Source: Patescibacteria group bacterium
Lineage (GTDB): Bacteria > Patescibacteriota > Patescibacteriia > Patescibacteriales > BS150m-G62
Length of the DNA stretch: 64,000 bases
NCBI GenBank assembly: GCA_016784175.1
Contig: JADHVC010000001.1
Location: 5,567 to 69,566 of the forward strand
Reading direction: 5' to 3'
Shown: positions 40,591-52,675 of the stretch, one piece after another
Numbering within the stretch: position 1 is the first letter of the stretch
Layout of the letters: each line of letters starts with the position of its first letter
The notes under the pieces: model-generated
The model's database searches: none
Told to the model about the DNA's origin: nothing
What the model saw: the letters and a program-made list of their open reading frames with translations, nothing else
Made by a program: the position numbers and the translations under genes

Positions 40591-41367
40591 CTATTTATAT
40601 TTCGCTGCAGAACATACTATAAAATATTGCTGAATTTTAAATAATATCCTCGCAACAACCATAAATATTGGAACGCAAAAACCATTAACACGCCAAGCCA
40701 TATACAACTCGCTCCATCCAGCTATTCTCTGTTTTAAACTTTTTGCACTATGCCCACACTCCCGCATATAAACCAAAGACTCGTCGATATAGGCTATTTT
40801 TATTCCACGCTTCAGCACCCTTAACATAAACTCATAATCTGCTGCGATGTTAAAATTTAAATTAAATAAACCTTGCTTAGAATAAACATCTCTTTTACAA
40901 AAGAATGTTGGGTGTGGCGGCATCCAACCATACTTTAGTCTTCTTTGCTCATACTCTCCCGCCTTCCAATATCTCTTTATTTTTCCTATATTATCTCTTT
41001 CTACATAAACTAAATTACCATAACAAGCATCAATATCATTTACTTCGAAGCTTTGTGCTACCCTTCCTAGCACTTCATTATTAAAATAAAAATCATCAGC
41101 ATTAAGTATCCCGACGATATCTCCAGTTGCCAACTTTACCCCCTTATTCATAGCATCATAAAGACCACTATCAGGTTCAGAAATAACCCTCGTGATTCTA
41201 GAATTTTTTCCCTTACTCCTCATGACAATATTCAATGTTCTATCTTTCGATACTCCATCAACAATAATATGTTCAATATCTAGATAAGTCTGATTGTTAA
41301 CAGAATCTATAGCATCTTTGATAGTCGCCTCGCTATTAAGACATACTGTTATGATAGATATTTTCAT
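40591..41367 (-). CDS. GT2 family glycosyltransferase
   Basis: MKISIITVCLNSEATIKDAIDSV..IIVDGVSKD.. and a later NADD motif indicate the GT-A fold. Confidence 0.7.
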   Translation of the reverse strand: MKISIITVCLNSEATIKDAIDSVNNQTYLDIEHIIVDGVSKDRTLNIVMRSKGKNSRITRVISEPDSGLYDAMNKGVKLATGDIVGILNADDFYFNNEVLGRVAQSFEVNDIDACYGNLVYVERDNIGKIKRYWKAGEYEQRRLKYGWMPPHPTFFCKRDVYSKQGLFNLNFNIAADYEFMLRVLKRGIKIAYIDESLVYMRECGHSAKSLKQRIAGWSELYMAWRVNGFCVPIFMVVARILFKIQQYFIVCSAAKYK

Positions 41368-42455
41368 AAACTAAAAAATCCTTTGACTTGCTTGATAACA
41401 AAATCTTGCTCGTCTTCTTTTAAGAAAGGATAACAAGGTAAAGACAAAATCTCCTCTTGAAATTTATCTGTATTAACAAGTACTACATTGTCATACTCAT
41501 CCTTATAACAAGGTTGTTTATAAATTGTCACAGGATAATGAACCAAAGAATCTACCTCATTTTTCTTAAGATGATCTCTAAGATTATCACGCTCCCCATT
41601 CAACACTCTTATGACAAACAAATGAAACGATGAAGAACTATTGTAATTATTAATTTTAATTTGCTCAAGATGCCCAAGTGATTCAATATATTTTTTTGCA
41701 ATTTCTTTACGCCTTTCAACGGCCTTATTTAATGAATCCAATTTAACATTAAGCAAAGCACACTGCAAAGGGTCAATCCGATAATTCGTTCCTTTAATTT
41801 CATGATTATATCTGCCATTCTGTCCATAATTTCTATATTTTAAAGAAAAATCTCTTACTACCTCTTCATTAGTAACAATTATCCCCCCCTCTCCAAATGC
41901 GCCCAAATTCTTTGTTGGATAAAAACTAAAAGCTTTGCTATTCACAGCTGACTCATTGATAAATTTGCAACCATGAGCCTGACATGCATCTTCTATCACG
42001 AAGATTTTATACTTTTTAGCTAACTCATTTATTGGTCTCATGTCGCATACCCCACCAAATAAATGCACTGGCAATATTGCCTTAGTTTTACTTGTAATTA
42101 ATGACTCGATTTGTTCAACATCGATTAAAAAATTTTCATTAACATCGCAAAAAACTGGCTTTGCACCAACACTTGAAATAGCCAAGCTCGTTGCAACTGC
42201 ACTATTTCCAACAGTAATGACCTCATCGCCACTTTTAACATCATAAGCTCGTAAAATAACTTCCAACGCGGCTAGTCCGGTAGAAACGCCTACGGAATAT
42301 CTATAACCACAATATTTTGCAAAATTCGCCTCAAAGTTTTCTACATCCGACCCAAGAGCATAAACTGCATTTTGACCGAATAGCTTAAAAGCTTTAATAA
42401 ATTCCTCTTCAAAAAAATCCCACTCTCTACATAATTCAATAAATGGCACCTTCAT
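41364..42455 (-). CDS. DegT/DnrJ/EryC1/StrS family PLP-dependent sugar aminotransferase
   Basis: Full-length (363 aa) match to the aspartate aminotransferase fold type I sugar aminotransferases. Confidence 0.8.
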   Translation of the reverse strand: MKVPFIELCREWDFFEEEFIKAFKLFGQNAVYALGSDVENFEANFAKYCGYRYSVGVSTGLAALEVILRAYDVKSGDEVITVGNSAVATSLAISSVGAKPVFCDVNENFLIDVEQIESLITSKTKAILPVHLFGGVCDMRPINELAKKYKIFVIEDACQAHGCKFINESAVNSKAFSFYPTKNLGAFGEGGIIVTNEEVVRDFSLKYRNYGQNGRYNHEIKGTNYRIDPLQCALLNVKLDSLNKAVERRKEIAKKYIESLGHLEQIKINNYNSSSSFHLFVIRVLNGERDNLRDHLKKNEVDSLVHYPVTIYKQPCYKDEYDNVVLVNTDKFQEEILSLPCYPFLKEDEQDFVIKQVKGFFSL

Positions 42456-42499
42456 AATAAAAGAAAGACTTAGACAAAATCAAGTTCATAAATTTTGAC

Positions 42500-42928
42500 T
42501 TAATCCCTAATTACATATTTTAAAAATTCCTTATAATCTCTTATATAATCAGATTCACTATAATAATCACTGGCCACAACAAGTATAACACAATCTATCG
42601 AGAACTTAGTCATTGTATGCCACAAAAAATTGCCTAACTTTATACCTACACTAGGATCATCCATTATAATGTCTTGTTTGTTAATACCATCATCTAAATG
42701 CAATAAAAATGACCCGTGAATACAAAAAATAATTTGCTCCAATTCCTTATGAGCATGCTTACCACGAATAGCAACACTATCACCAAAATTAGTAATATAA
42801 TAAATACGTTTAATTTCGAATGGCACACTTCTCAAAGACTCCCCAATCACCAAGACCCCATCCGGAGAATCATCATAATGCTGTAAATTTACAATTCCCG
42901 AATTATTTACTTTAATTTGATTTATCAT
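42500..42928 (-). CDS. cupin-fold sugar 3,4-ketoisomerase, FdtA/QdtA-like (WxcM C-terminal-like)
   Basis: 142 aa with a RIYYI...RG.HAH motif typical of dTDP-4-keto-6-deoxyhexose 3,4-isomerases. Adjacent to the aminotransferase. Confidence 0.6.
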   Translation of the reverse strand: MINQIKVNNSGIVNLQHYDDSPDGVLVIGESLRSVPFEIKRIYYITNFGDSVAIRGKHAHKELEQIIFCIHGSFLLHLDDGINKQDIIMDDPSVGIKLGNFLWHTMTKFSIDCVILVVASDYYSESDYIRDYKEFLKYVIRD

Positions 42929-42944
42929 ATCTCTAGTTTAATTG

Positions 42945-43913
42945 CTATCTTAAAAATGACCTTAGATAAAAAAGAATTAGTAATTTTCTTTTCACAAACT
43001 GCTTTAATCTTATTTCTAAAGTAGGTCTATTGTCAAAGCCATAAGTAAATTTCGGAAAATCATTGCGGATTTTCTTTATTATTGCATTTAAATGATCAAC
43101 ATATGGTGAATATACTACTTTTTCGTCAAAAAATGAAATTAAATATGAATTCAAATAGAGTGAAAAATTATCGTAACCATATATTTTCAATGAATGAAAA
43201 TGAAAAAAAATAAGAGGATCTTCGTCTACAAAAACCTGATCTTTATAACTTGAAACAATATAACGATTTAAATTCCATGGAGCCAGATTCGCACCCTTTT
43301 GCCTCAAAACATGAACACCTTTAAAACGAGTCGGCCAATCATTAAGGTACATCTGATCACCAAACTTTCCATTTTCATGCTTAGAATAGCACCATTTAAT
43401 ACATTGCCTGCGCCACCACTCCAAACAACGCCGACCTTCTTTATCATTCTTTATACAAACCAAACTAACATTATAAATTCCAGATCTTTCCTCCTGATAA
43501 TACAACTCCTTAGAATAATTATGCCTAACAATAAGAATTGAACCATCCCCGATCTCATCAAAAATTGGTTTAGGGGTTGAAAAAAAATAAAGATCAGCAT
43601 CCAAATAAGTTATCGATCTAATTCTCAAATCAGTTTTAAAAATATGCAACATAAATGAAGAAGTAATCGTCCAACAATACTCCCCAGAAGAACGGCTTTT
43701 CTTTATTGCTAATAGTTCATTATCTTCTACATCGCTCAGTTTAATTAAAAAAACGTTTGGTAAATTCATACCAAGTAAGAGATCATAAATCTCACCATCC
43801 ATACACAAAACCCATAAAACAAAATTTGAACAATGCTTAGCAAGCGAAAAATACATCGCCAACCCCCTATAGGCATAATTTTTATCAAATAAAGTACAGA
43901 AATTATATGTCAT
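42945..43913 (-). CDS. hypothetical protein (possible nucleotide-sugar transferase)
   Basis: 322 aa with a DxD-like LDADLYFF. No confident family assignment. Confidence 0.3.
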   Translation of the reverse strand: MTYNFCTLFDKNYAYRGLAMYFSLAKHCSNFVLWVLCMDGEIYDLLLGMNLPNVFLIKLSDVEDNELLAIKKSRSSGEYCWTITSSFMLHIFKTDLRIRSITYLDADLYFFSTPKPIFDEIGDGSILIVRHNYSKELYYQEERSGIYNVSLVCIKNDKEGRRCLEWWRRQCIKWCYSKHENGKFGDQMYLNDWPTRFKGVHVLRQKGANLAPWNLNRYIVSSYKDQVFVDEDPLIFFHFHSLKIYGYDNFSLYLNSYLISFFDEKVVYSPYVDHLNAIIKKIRNDFPKFTYGFDNRPTLEIRLKQFVKRKLLILFYLRSFLR

Positions 43914-44641
43914 ATTTTCTTCTTAGCTATTATTATATAGTCCAATGTAATCCAAGAATTCTTAAACAAAAAATCCAACGCAACAAATAATAACTGCACA
44001 GGAAAACAAAAAAATAAAGAAATTAACAATCTTAATAAAATATTTCTATTATTAAATTGCTCAAAAATAAAAGCCGAGAGCAACTGTCCGCAAACCCCAA
44101 ATACTCCACAGGTAGAAGCTATTTCCTCGATCTTAAAACCAGCCTGATCAAATATTTTCTTATGTCCATATCGAGTATACCTTCTAAAATCATATGGAAC
44201 TTCATGCTCATTCCAGATAAACGGCATAGTAAGAAAAATTTTACCGTCTTCTCTTAAAACCCTATAACACTCATCAAGTAAAATTTCAGGATTTACTGCA
44301 TGCTCTAAGACTTGTGTGCAAATTACTACATCAAAACTTTCATTATTAAACGGGATTCTTTCACCATCAAAATATTCATCTGCGCTCTTTGCCACATCGC
44401 TATGCCCACCGCCATCAATATCAATGCCTATATACTTTTTATAGTTTTTAAACAAATTTTTGTAAGGCCTATTCCCACATCCGACATCCAAAATAATTTT
44501 GCCAGAAAATTCATTTAAAGAAAATTTTCTTATCTTCTTAAACAAGCCGGACCTAGCAATATAGTAAGGATTAATTGTAATAGAATACCAATTTGGATTA
44601 AAAAAATTCTTATTAATAATGTCTTTTAATTCTTTTCGCAT
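43910..44641 (-). CDS. class I SAM-dependent methyltransferase
   Basis: Motif I ILDVGCGNRPY plus downstream acidic motifs. Confidence 0.7.
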   Translation of the reverse strand: MRKELKDIINKNFFNPNWYSITINPYYIARSGLFKKIRKFSLNEFSGKIILDVGCGNRPYKNLFKNYKKYIGIDIDGGGHSDVAKSADEYFDGERIPFNNESFDVVICTQVLEHAVNPEILLDECYRVLREDGKIFLTMPFIWNEHEVPYDFRRYTRYGHKKIFDQAGFKIEEIASTCGVFGVCGQLLSAFIFEQFNNRNILLRLLISLFFCFPVQLLFVALDFLFKNSWITLDYIIIAKKKI

Positions 44642-44657
44642 AAATATAGAAAAAATC

Positions 44658-45572
44658 TTAAGTTAAGGATTTTTTCAATAGCTTGATAATATTTTTTATC
44701 CTAATAATATTTATAACCACTAGCATTTTCGTAGAAGTAAGATATTTATTTATATATTCTAAAACTTTCTCATTCTCTTCCATTAAAATCTTTTTAATTA
44801 AAATTGGAACTCCAGAAACCTCAACATCAAACATACTATAAGTACCGCTATGCGTTCCACTGTCATCATTCCCAATGTTATGCACCAAGGATTTGCCAGG
44901 GTAAAGAGTAAGTTTATTTTTTAAAAATGCTGACGCATGCCATCTAATCGCCCAAGAATTATTTAATCCGACAATTTGCATCTTAAGCATTTGTGAATAT
45001 GGGTAAGCATTATCAAAATCAAACTTTTTAGTTAACTTTTTTTCTCTTAGCTCATTTAACAACTTCTGACCATCTGCCTCAAACATATCCCAACCCCTCT
45101 TCCATGTGCCCCAACCCCAACAATCAGCACCTTTAATAAAAAAAGTTTCTGGCAAATCCTCTTTAATTGGGTAGATATAACCATTAATACTGGCCACTTG
45201 CCTATCACATTCATACATATCGAGTGCATCATTCATATATTTCAGAAAATATTTAGAAGTCACCAAATCATCTTCTAAAACAACAATTTTACCATAATTA
45301 TTAACAATTTCTGTTACACCATTAATAATAGACTTTGCCAAGCCATAATTCTCTTCTCTTTCAACAATATCAACAGTCTTAAAGCCAGAGATACTTTTCA
45401 AATATTTTCTCACCTCATGCACCCCTACCGCCGCATCTTTATTTTTTGGTCCATCAGAAAAAATAATTAAATTACTTTCAATGGCTAAGTCATTTTTTCG
45501 TAAAGCCTCAATCGTTTTACGAGTATGCTCAGGACGGTTATAAACAAATAGTGCTATTGGAGCTATTGGCAT
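44658..45572 (-). CDS. GT-A type glycosyltransferase-like protein
   Basis: ALFVYNRPEHTRKTIEAL..IIFSDGPK resembles a GT2-like sugar transferase N-terminus. Confidence 0.5.
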   Translation of the reverse strand: MPIAPIALFVYNRPEHTRKTIEALRKNDLAIESNLIIFSDGPKNKDAAVGVHEVRKYLKSISGFKTVDIVEREENYGLAKSIINGVTEIVNNYGKIVVLEDDLVTSKYFLKYMNDALDMYECDRQVASINGYIYPIKEDLPETFFIKGADCWGWGTWKRGWDMFEADGQKLLNELREKKLTKKFDFDNAYPYSQMLKMQIVGLNNSWAIRWHASAFLKNKLTLYPGKSLVHNIGNDDSGTHSGTYSMFDVEVSGVPILIKKILMEENEKVLEYINKYLTSTKMLVVINIIRIKNIIKLLKKSLT

Positions 45573-45657
45573 ATTTCATTTAATAATATATTAACTATTC
45601 TCTCGCTAAACTTACCATCGCCATAAGGATTAATTACTTTTAACATTTGTCATATTA

Positions 45658-46431
45658 CTATTGTTCATACTTGGTTACAACTTCCTCCATTCCTCCAAAC
45701 ATCTTAACACCTCCTTTTTCTAGCCACAAACATTTCTTACAAAGCCTTCGTACTGTTTTTATATTATGACTAACAAATAAAATAGTACGACCATCTTCTT
45801 TTACAATCTCTTCCATCTTAGCTAAACATTTATCTTGAAATTGCTGATCACCTACAGATAAAACCTCATCGACTATCAAAATCTCTTGTCGTAAATGTGC
45901 AGCTACTGCAAATGCTAAACGCATTGTCATACCTGTTGAATAGCGCTTAATTGGTGTATCTAAAAATTGTTCAACTTCTGCGAACTCCACAATCTTATCA
46001 AACTGTTGAATAATCTCTCGCCTTTTCATACCCAATATCATCCCACTCATAAAAATATTTTCCCTACCACTTAAATCGCCATGAAAGCCCGTCCCAGCCT
46101 CCAAAAGACTTCCCACGCGACCATCCAGCTTTATCTCACCCGTTGTTGGAGGAGTAATTTCAGAAATAATCTTTAAGAGAGTAGACTTTCCCGCCCCATT
46201 ACGGCCAATCACTCCCAAAGTTTCTCCTTCCTTCACCTTAAAGCTTACATCTTTTAGTGCAAAAAATTCTTCTTGGAGAGCTAACCCAGCCACCTCCTTA
46301 GCCTTATTTTTAGCAAAAGAAAAAGGACTTTTAGCAATATTTGTTAAAACATCTCGCAGCGAAATATACCCAGCCGTTGCGTGCTGTATTTTATATTTTT
46401 TAGACAAATTGCTAACCTCAATGATATTCAT
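45658..46431 (-). CDS. ABC transporter ATP-binding protein (Wzt/TagH/KpsT-like polysaccharide export)
   Basis: Walker A GRNGAGKST, ABC signature LSVGDQQ, Walker B ILIVDE. No C-terminal carbohydrate-binding domain. Confidence 0.8.
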   Translation of the reverse strand: MNIIEVSNLSKKYKIQHATAGYISLRDVLTNIAKSPFSFAKNKAKEVAGLALQEEFFALKDVSFKVKEGETLGVIGRNGAGKSTLLKIISEITPPTTGEIKLDGRVGSLLEAGTGFHGDLSGRENIFMSGMILGMKRREIIQQFDKIVEFAEVEQFLDTPIKRYSTGMTMRLAFAVAAHLRQEILIVDEVLSVGDQQFQDKCLAKMEEIVKEDGRTILFVSHNIKTVRRLCKKCLWLEKGGVKMFGGMEEVVTKYEQ

Positions 46432-46464
46432 AAAAATTCAATTAACAAATATAGGCCGGCTAAC

Positions 46465-47280
46465 TTAAACTATGTCTGCAAAAAAACGTTCTGTTTTCTT
46501 AAAAAAATAAATACCTATAGATAAAAAAAACAGACAAACCACTCCAGAAAATGAAAGTAAGGGCCAATCAATTGGTCCACTATTTAGGGCAGACGATCTA
46601 GCTGCCTCAATCACCCCAGTCATAGGATTCAACTTTAAAATCCACTCATAGCTTTTAGCAATACTGGCTGGATAAATTACAGGCGTCATAAAAAGCAAAA
46701 GCTGAACAAAAAATGGTAGAACATAGCGTATATCTCGATATTTTACATTAAGTGATGCCAAAATTAAACCAGGACCAACCGCAACACCAAAGACCAAAAG
46801 AAATAAAAGCGGGAAAACAAATATTACCTCCCAATAAGGAACATAACTATAATAAATCATAATAAAGAACAAGATTACTAAGTTAATCAAAAGATCGACG
46901 AATTTAACTGTAACCACCGCTAAAGGTAAAATTAAACGCGGAAAGTAGACTTTAGTAACTATTCCTTGATAACGCACCAAACTATCGGCCGTATCCACCA
47001 AGGCACCAGAAAAAAATTGCCAAAAAATTAAACCAGTAAATACAAAAAGCGGATATGGAACACCATCTGAGGGCATCTCGGCTAATTTACCAAAAAAAAT
47101 ACTAAAAACAACCATAGTAATAAACGGCTGAAATACAGCCCACAAAACACCAATCATAGTTTGCTTATAGCGAATTTTATATTCTCTCCATACAAAAAAA
47201 TACAACAATTCACGAAAACGCCAAACCTCCTTAAAATCCTCCGTACTTAATATTTTTTTTGGTCTAATTATTTTTACCAT
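46465..47280 (-). CDS. ABC-2 type polysaccharide export permease (Wzm/TagG/KpsM-like)
   Basis: 271 aa with 6 TM segments, immediately upstream of the ATPase. Confidence 0.75.
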   Translation of the reverse strand: MVKIIRPKKILSTEDFKEVWRFRELLYFFVWREYKIRYKQTMIGVLWAVFQPFITMVVFSIFFGKLAEMPSDGVPYPLFVFTGLIFWQFFSGALVDTADSLVRYQGIVTKVYFPRLILPLAVVTVKFVDLLINLVILFFIMIYYSYVPYWEVIFVFPLLFLLVFGVAVGPGLILASLNVKYRDIRYVLPFFVQLLLFMTPVIYPASIAKSYEWILKLNPMTGVIEAARSSALNSGPIDWPLLSFSGVVCLFFLSIGIYFFKKTERFFADIV

Positions 47281-47329
47281 TCCTTACAAAATCTAAATAA
47301 TAATCAATAAATCTCTAATCAATATTTCT

Positions 47330-48039
<710 letters not shown>

Positions 48040-48059
<20 letters not shown>

Positions 48060-48186
48060 AATCGGATTTCGCTATCATCTCGACCAATTGGTCAAATTTT
48101 ATTTTTGGCTCCCAGCCTAAAATATTTTTAGCCTTTGAATAATCACCCAACACCACGTTCACTTTAATAGTTAAAAAGAATACCAT
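48040..48186 (-). pseudogene. C-terminal remnant (about 40 codons) of an NDP-sugar 4,6-dehydratase (Gmd-like)
   Basis: The translation ..[37 protein letters not shown] matches the conserved C-terminus of GDP-mannose 4,6-dehydratase. It overlaps the fcl start. No upstream body is present. Confidence 0.5.
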
Positions 48187-48205
48187 TTTTCATATTTTTA
48201 ATAAA

Positions 48206-48847
48206 TTAAGAATTACTGATAGCCTCCTGAGCATTAACTATAAAATCATTAGCAATCATACGATTATTCCACAATTTTATTATATTCATAACTAACTTAT
48301 TTTTATCCCCAATATCCACCAATAATCCATTCACATCGTTGGTAATAAATTTCGAATAAGCATCAATATTTGAAGCAATTATTGGCACACCCACCTTCAT
48401 CGCTTGTCTTAATCTATCCTGATTAAACCCCAAAGAATCATTTAGTACAAGCATATCGCTTGCCTTCATTAACTTATATAATTCTACATTATCAAGATTA
48501 GTAGAAAAAAATATCGATTTTCCCAACTCAAGTTCTTTAATTTTTGCCTTAATGCTCTCCTCTTGGTCCAAGCTACCAACAATAATTAATTTAAATCCTG
48601 GATTAGCTTGAATCAACTCTGGCATTATGCCGATAAGAACATCGCAATGTTTTTCTTTATTTGAATTAGTTATCGCAAGCACAATATCACCTTTTAAGCC
48701 TAATTCAATTTTAAGCGTACTTTTTCCTTGTTTTATTTCTGGAATATTAGCAATATGTATTACCTTATCGATAATACTTGCCTCATTTTTCCAATAACCT
48801 AGAACTTTATTTAAAATATTTTTCATATAAACTAACAATTGATTCAA
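48206..48847 (-). pseudogene. glycosyltransferase family 1 (GT4-like) C-terminal domain only, a probable truncated remnant
   Basis: The 213 aa contain the GT-B C-terminal nucleotide-binding half (..LIIVGS...E..LK..SD..V.......G..EA...G.P.I.S). No N-terminal acceptor domain is present. Confidence 0.45.
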
Positions 48848-48929
48848 ATTATTTCATTGACTTACAACTCTCTCACAATTATACTATTAATATAGTTAAA
48901 AAATCAAAAAAAATTAACATACGCACTAT

Positions 48930-49190
48930 ATGCTTGTTACAATAACAATAAGCAAGGGAGAAAAAAGAAAGAATATTGCATTAGTTAGTGCTGTTAGTTT
49001 ATTTATGGTTGTAATTATACTGTTTTGGGGGATAAATTTTAATAAAGGATTAGCTAGCGCTAATGACGAGCCTAGCTTACTTAACAATTTTGAAGAATCT
49101 AGTAATGGAATATACGAAGTAATATATACTTTTAAGAAAGATTATGAAAAGATAAAAGATAATCAAGAGATAATAGTCCCCGAACTATAA
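48930..49190 (+). CDS. small hypothetical membrane protein
   Basis: 86-aa ORF with one TM helix. Confidence 0.3.
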   Translation: MLVTITISKGEKRKNIALVSAVSLFMVVIILFWGINFNKGLASANDEPSLLNNFEESSNGIYEVIYTFKKDYEKIKDNQEIIVPEL

Positions 49191-49227
49191 CCAGAATAAT
49201 ATATTTAATAATAAATAACGAATAAAC

Positions 49228-51849
49228 ATGTCCGACAATAACGAAGAAAAAATAAATAACAAAGATGAAACAGGTGATGATATAACCAAAGATGAAATAA
49301 AAAAAGATGATACTGTAGCTGAAGCGGATATCAAAGATAACGAGGATAAAACAAAAGAGATTGTAGAAATAAACTCTAATATTGTTACAGAAAAAAAATA
49401 CACCGCTTTTGGTTTAGTTGAACCGCTCGCTATCACCGACGAAATGAAAAAAAGCTATCTCGAATATGCTATGAGTGTTATCGTCACTCGTGCTCTTCCA
49501 GACGTAAGAGATGGATTAAAGCCAGTACACAGAAGAATACTTTATGCTATGTGGACAGTTGGACTGAAAGCTAATGGTAAATTTAGAAAATCAGCTACCG
49601 TAGTCGGAGAAGTACTTGGTAAATATCATCCACATGGTGACTCTGCTGTTTATGATTCTATGGTAAGAATGGCACAAGATTTTTCAATGCGTTATCCATT
49701 AGTAAGGGGACAAGGAAATTTTGGCAGCATGGATGGAGACAGAGCAGCTGCTATGCGTTACACAGAAGCTAAGCTTTCGGCTATTTCTGAAGAATTGCTT
49801 TTTGATATAGACAAAGATACGATCGATTTTTCACCAAACTTTGATGGGTCAAACAAAGAACCAAAGGTCCTACCAGCCAAGCTTCCAAACCTATTATTAA
49901 ACGGCACTATGGGCATTGCAGTTGGAATGTCCACCAATATCCCACCACACAACTTAAGTGAATTAATTGATGCCATTACCTACCTAATCGATAAACCAGA
50001 GGCAACCATAGAAGAACTAGCAGAGTTTATCAAAGGACCTGACTTTCCTACTGCCGGCATTATCTATAACAAAAAAGACATTTTACAAACCTACATTACA
50101 GGAAGAGGTGGAATTGTGATGCGCGCAAAGACAGAAATCTATGAAACAAAAGAAGGTCGATTTCAAATCATCATTACCGAACTACCATATCAAGTTAATA
50201 AAGCCAATTTAGTAGAAAAAATTGCAGATTTAGTGCGCAACAAAAAAATTGAAGGCATTAAAGATTTGCGTGATGAGTCAGACAAAGAGGGCGTAAGAGT
50301 TGTTGTCGATTTAAAGAAGGATTGTTATCCAAAAAAGATACTTAACAGCTTATTTAAACACACTCAACTGCAAGACACCTTTCATGTAAATATGCTTGCT
50401 TTAATTGATGGATTGCAACCAAAAGTATTAACTCTCAAGTCAATCTTAGAAGAATATATTAAGCACAGAGAGGTAGTAGTTAAAAGAAGAGCTGAATTTG
50501 AGTTAAAAAAGGCCAAGGCACGCGCGCATATTCTAGAAGGATTAATGATAGCATTAAACAATATTGATGCTGTTATAGCCCTAATTAAGAAGTCAAAAGA
50601 TCGCGAAGAAGCAAAACTTGGCTTAATAAAACAGTTTAAGTTAAGTGAAATCCAGTCGATTGCAATTCTTGAGATGAGATTGCAAAGTCTTGCGAACTTG
50701 GAACGATTACGAATCGAAAATGAACTAAAAGAAAAAAATGAAATAATTAAAGAACTTGAAGGAATCCTAGCTTCTCGAGAAAGAATTCTTGGAATAATCA
50801 AAGAAGAAATCAAAGAAATCAAAGAAAAATACGGTGACGAAAGACGAACACAAATTATATCACGAGGCGTAAAAGAATTTGGCATAGAAGATCTTGTACC
50901 TAACGAAGAAACAATGATCGTTATGACAAGAGACGGATACATTAAACGCTTCCCTACTGACACATTTAAAGTACAAGGCAGAGGTGGCAAAGGTGTTGTA
51001 GGACTCTCAACTAAAGAAGAGGATTCTGTTGAGTTCATGTTCACCACTATGACACATACTGACATATTATTCTTTACTACTCGCGGAAGAGTATTCCAAT
51101 TAAAAGCTTTTGAAATCCCTCAAACATCAAGAACTGCCAAAGGACAAGCAATTGTAAATTTCTTGCAATTGCCAGGCAATGAGAAAGTAACTTCCATCTT
51201 ACCTCTCGATAAAATCAGCAACAAAAACTACCTATTCTTTGCAACTGAAAAGGGCTTGGTTAAAAAAGTTAAACTAGAAGAATTTTCAAATGTAAGAAGA
51301 TCAGGTCTAATAGCAGTAAAGATCAAAGACGATGATAAATTAATTTGGTCTAAACCAAGCTCTGGAAAAGACCACATTATCCTTGTAACAGCTAAAGGGC
51401 AAGCCATAAGATTCCCAGAAGAAGACATACGATCAATGGGAAGAACAGCAGCTGGCGTAACAGGCATCAAACTTAAAAAAGATGACTATGTGGTAGGCAT
51501 GGGAATAATTAACACCAATCCAGAAAAACTTAAAAAATATGAAGTATTTTCAATTTCTGAACAAGGCCTTAGCAAGAGAACAGCCCTTAAAGAATATAAA
51601 AAACAAGGTAGAGGTGGTAGTGGCCTAAAGACAGCAAAAGTAACTAGTAAGAGTGGTAATCTTATCAATGCCTTCGTAATAAACTCCGAAAAGATGCAAG
51701 ACAAAGATTTAATTATTATATCTACTGGAGGTCAAGTTATTAGACTCGCCTTTAAAAATGTACCGCAATCAGGTAGAGACACTCAAGGAGTAAAATTAAT
51801 GCGCTTTAAAAACACTGGAGATAAAGTAGCTTCTCTTATCTGGACATAA
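49228..51849 (+). CDS. gyrA: DNA gyrase subunit A
   Basis: The region around [28 protein letters not shown] has the conserved structure. The catalytic Tyr region and C-terminal beta-pinwheel repeats are present. A roughly 60-aa acidic/Lys-rich N-terminal extension precedes it. Confidence 0.9.
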   Translation: MSDNNEEKINNKDETGDDITKDEIKKDDTVAEADIKDNEDKTKEIVEINSNIVTEKKYTAFGLVEPLAITDEMKKSYLEYAMSVIVTRALPDVRDGLKPVHRRILYAMWTVGLKANGKFRKSATVVGEVLGKYHPHGDSAVYDSMVRMAQDFSMRYPLVRGQGNFGSMDGDRAAAMRYTEAKLSAISEELLFDIDKDTIDFSPNFDGSNKEPKVLPAKLPNLLLNGTMGIAVGMSTNIPPHNLSELIDAITYLIDKPEATIEELAEFIKGPDFPTAGIIYNKKDILQTYITGRGGIVMRAKTEIYETKEGRFQIIITELPYQVNKANLVEKIADLVRNKKIEGIKDLRDESDKEGVRVVVDLKKDCYPKKILNSLFKHTQLQDTFHVNMLALIDGLQPKVLTLKSILEEYIKHREVVVKRRAEFELKKAKARAHILEGLMIALNNIDAVIALIKKSKDREEAKLGLIKQFKLSEIQSIAILEMRLQSLANLERLRIENELKEKNEIIKELEGILASRERILGIIKEEIKEIKEKYGDERRTQIISRGVKEFGIEDLVPNEETMIVMTRDGYIKRFPTDTFKVQGRGGKGVVGLSTKEEDSVEFMFTTMTHTDILFFTTRGRVFQLKAFEIPQTSRTAKGQAIVNFLQLPGNEKVTSILPLDKISNKNYLFFATEKGLVKKVKLEEFSNVRRSGLIAVKIKDDDKLIWSKPSSGKDHIILVTAKGQAIRFPEEDIRSMGRTAAGVTGIKLKKDDYVVGMGIINTNPEKLKKYEVFSISEQGLSKRTALKEYKKQGRGGSGLKTAKVTSKSGNLINAFVINSEKMQDKDLIIISTGGQVIRLAFKNVPQSGRDTQGVKLMRFKNTGDKVASLIWT

Positions 51850-51869
51850 AATTTAATTATCTATTAAAA

Positions 51870-52577
51870 GTGAATAGACAAACTCAAAAAGAGCTTCTTA
51901 AAATTGTAGAAAAAAATTATATTGAAATAGCAAAAGAATTTAATGAAACAAGAAAAAAAGAATTGTGGAGTGAATTAAAAAAAATCAGTGAACAAATAAA
52001 AAAAGGTAGTAAAATACTAGATGTTGGTTGTGGAAATGGAAGAATAATCGATGCCCTACTAGATAAAGACATTAAATATCTAGGCATTGACTCTAGCACA
52101 AATTTAATTGAACTAGCAAAAAGTAACCACAAAGAGCAAGGTTGGGCTCAATTTGAATTAGGAAAAATAGAAGAACTAGGAAAAATAAAAGAACACAATT
52201 TTGACTATGTTTTTTGCCTTGCTGTTATTCATCACATACCAGGAACTCAACTACAAATAGAAGCTCTAAAACAATTAAAAAACAAAGTAAAAAAAGATGG
52301 TAGAATTATAATATCGGCTTGGAATTTATGGAATAAACCTAAATTTAGGTCGCTTATTATTAAGTTTGCTCTACTTAAGTTAATTGGAAAAAACAAAATG
52401 GATTTTGGCGATATTTTATTTGACTGGAAAAATAAAAAAGGAGAAAAAGTCAGCAAAAGATATTACCACGCATTCACAAAAAGAGAGCTCAAAAGAATTG
52501 TGAAAAAATCAGGCCTAAAGATTGAAAAAATATACAAAGACACCTACAATTACTACCTTATTCTAAAATGGAGTTAG
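51870..52577 (+). CDS. class I SAM-dependent methyltransferase
   Basis: Motif I ILDVGCGNGRII. Confidence 0.65.
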   Translation: MNRQTQKELLKIVEKNYIEIAKEFNETRKKELWSELKKISEQIKKGSKILDVGCGNGRIIDALLDKDIKYLGIDSSTNLIELAKSNHKEQGWAQFELGKIEELGKIKEHNFDYVFCLAVIHHIPGTQLQIEALKQLKNKVKKDGRIIISAWNLWNKPKFRSLIIKFALLKLIGKNKMDFGDILFDWKNKKGEKVSKRYYHAFTKRELKRIVKKSGLKIEKIYKDTYNYYLILKWS

Positions 52578-52675
52578 TAAATTAAACTAAAATAAACTAA
52601 TTAGCGAATAACTTTTTAGCCATATCCTGCAACACATTGACTTTTGACCAATTTTTGATAAAATATTAAACATAA

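Noticed and set aside
49228-49440. Roughly 60-aa acidic/Lys-rich N-terminal extension on GyrA
   Set aside because: This could be a genuine low-complexity extension or an over-called start. There is no in-frame ATG nearer the conserved core, so it was left as annotated rather than flagged as a feature.
49758-51704. Several minus-strand ORFs (49758-49976, 50382-51065, 51228-51470, 51486-51704) inside gyrA
   Set aside because: They are antisense shadows of a highly conserved, clearly intact gyrA reading frame.
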